In this document: positions 63,398 to 64,000 of the stretch, one piece after another
How positions within the stretch are numbered: the first letter of the stretch is position 1
How the letters are laid out: every line of letters begins with the position of its first letter
DNA from: a bacterium
GTDB lineage: Bacteria; UBA8248
Reading direction: 5' to 3'
Length of the DNA stretch: 64,000 nt
Assembly: GCA_965213685.1 (NCBI GenBank)
Contig: CBDBZY010000031.1
Span: 96,001-160,000, forward strand
Notes under the pieces: generated by a model
Database searches by the model: none
What the model was told of the DNA's origin: nothing
Seen by the model: the letters and a program-made list of their open reading frames with translations, nothing else
Translations under genes and position numbers: made by a program

Positions 63398-64000
63398 TTG
63401 TTGGACATTCGCCTTATCAGAAACGATCCGGAAGGGGTGGCGCGCGCCCTCGCCCGCAGGGGCGGTGCCTGGGGCATCCCGGAGGTGCTGGAAATCGACG
63501 CCCGAAGACGGGACTTAACCCATCGGGTCGAGAGCCGGGTGGCCGAGGTGAGAAAACGCAGCAAGAAAATCGGGGAGCTCAAGCGCAACAAGGCGTCCGA
63601 TGAGGAGGTGGCGGCGTTTCTGAACGAGAGTCACCGATTGACGGCCGAGGCCAAATCCCTGGAGGGAGAGCTCGCGGGCCTCGCGCAAAAGCAGAACGAC
63701 CTCCTCCTCGGCCTGCCCAACGTGCCGCATGCAACCACGCCCGACGGACAAGGCCCGGCCGAGAATGCCCTCCTGAGAGTCTCGGGCGAGAGGCCGGCTT
63801 TCGACTTCCCCCCCAAGCCGCACGACGAGCTGGGCGACGCCCTCGGCATTCTGGACATGAAGCGCGCCGCAAAAATAGCCGGTGCGCGCTTTGCGCTATA
63901 CCGGGGGGCGGGCGCGCGCCTGGAGCGCGCCTTGATCAACTTCATGCTCGATCTGCATACGAGCGCGCACGGCTACACCGAGTGGCTTCCGCCGTTCATG
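63398..64000 (+). CDS. serS: Serine--tRNA ligase, 5' part (runs off the window edge)
   Basis: TTG start after AAGGAG: MLDIRLIRNDPE..., LPNVPH, PKPHDELG, AAKIAGARF and LERALINFMLDLH. Confidence 0.95.
   Translation, partial: MLDIRLIRNDPEGVARALARRGGAWGIPEVLEIDARRRDLTHRVESRVAEVRKRSKKIGELKRNKASDEEVAAFLNESHRLTAEAKSLEGELAGLAQKQNDLLLGLPNVPHATTPDGQGPAENALLRVSGERPAFDFPPKPHDELGDALGILDMKRAAKIAGARFALYRGAGARLERALINFMLDLHTSAHGYTEWLPPFM

Overview
GC-rich bacterial chromosomal segment, probably from a long-read metagenome assembly: about a dozen otherwise ordinary genes are broken by single-base indels, mostly in homopolymer runs. It holds housekeeping genes (rph, rdgB, moaA, two moeA, tatA, thiE, thiL, serS, msrA, comM-like), a tRNA cluster (Lys, Arg, His and a damaged Arg-TCT), many catabolic enzymes (acyl-CoA dehydrogenases, family III CoA-transferases, MaoC dehydratases, LLM monooxygenases, M20 peptidases, a DehI-like dehalogenase) and an RND pump. 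Defence-type genes include two DNA methyltransferases (one carrying a G17 tract), an Eco47II-like nuclease and a HEPN-like orphan. Two secreted ankyrin-repeat proteins suggest a host-associated lifestyle (inference). The main signal missed by the ORF track is selenium biology. Three genes carry in-frame TGA codons at catalytic Cys positions, each followed by a SECIS-like hairpin: SelD (GGUGSK), an AhpD-like protein with CxxU, and an AhpD-like protein with a double-Sec UxxU motif (U-Y-G-U-A-M-N-H). A YqeC-like Se-cofactor gene, a molybdenum hydroxylase large subunit and Moco genes lie in the same window. All family calls come from reading motifs by eye; no database search was run.
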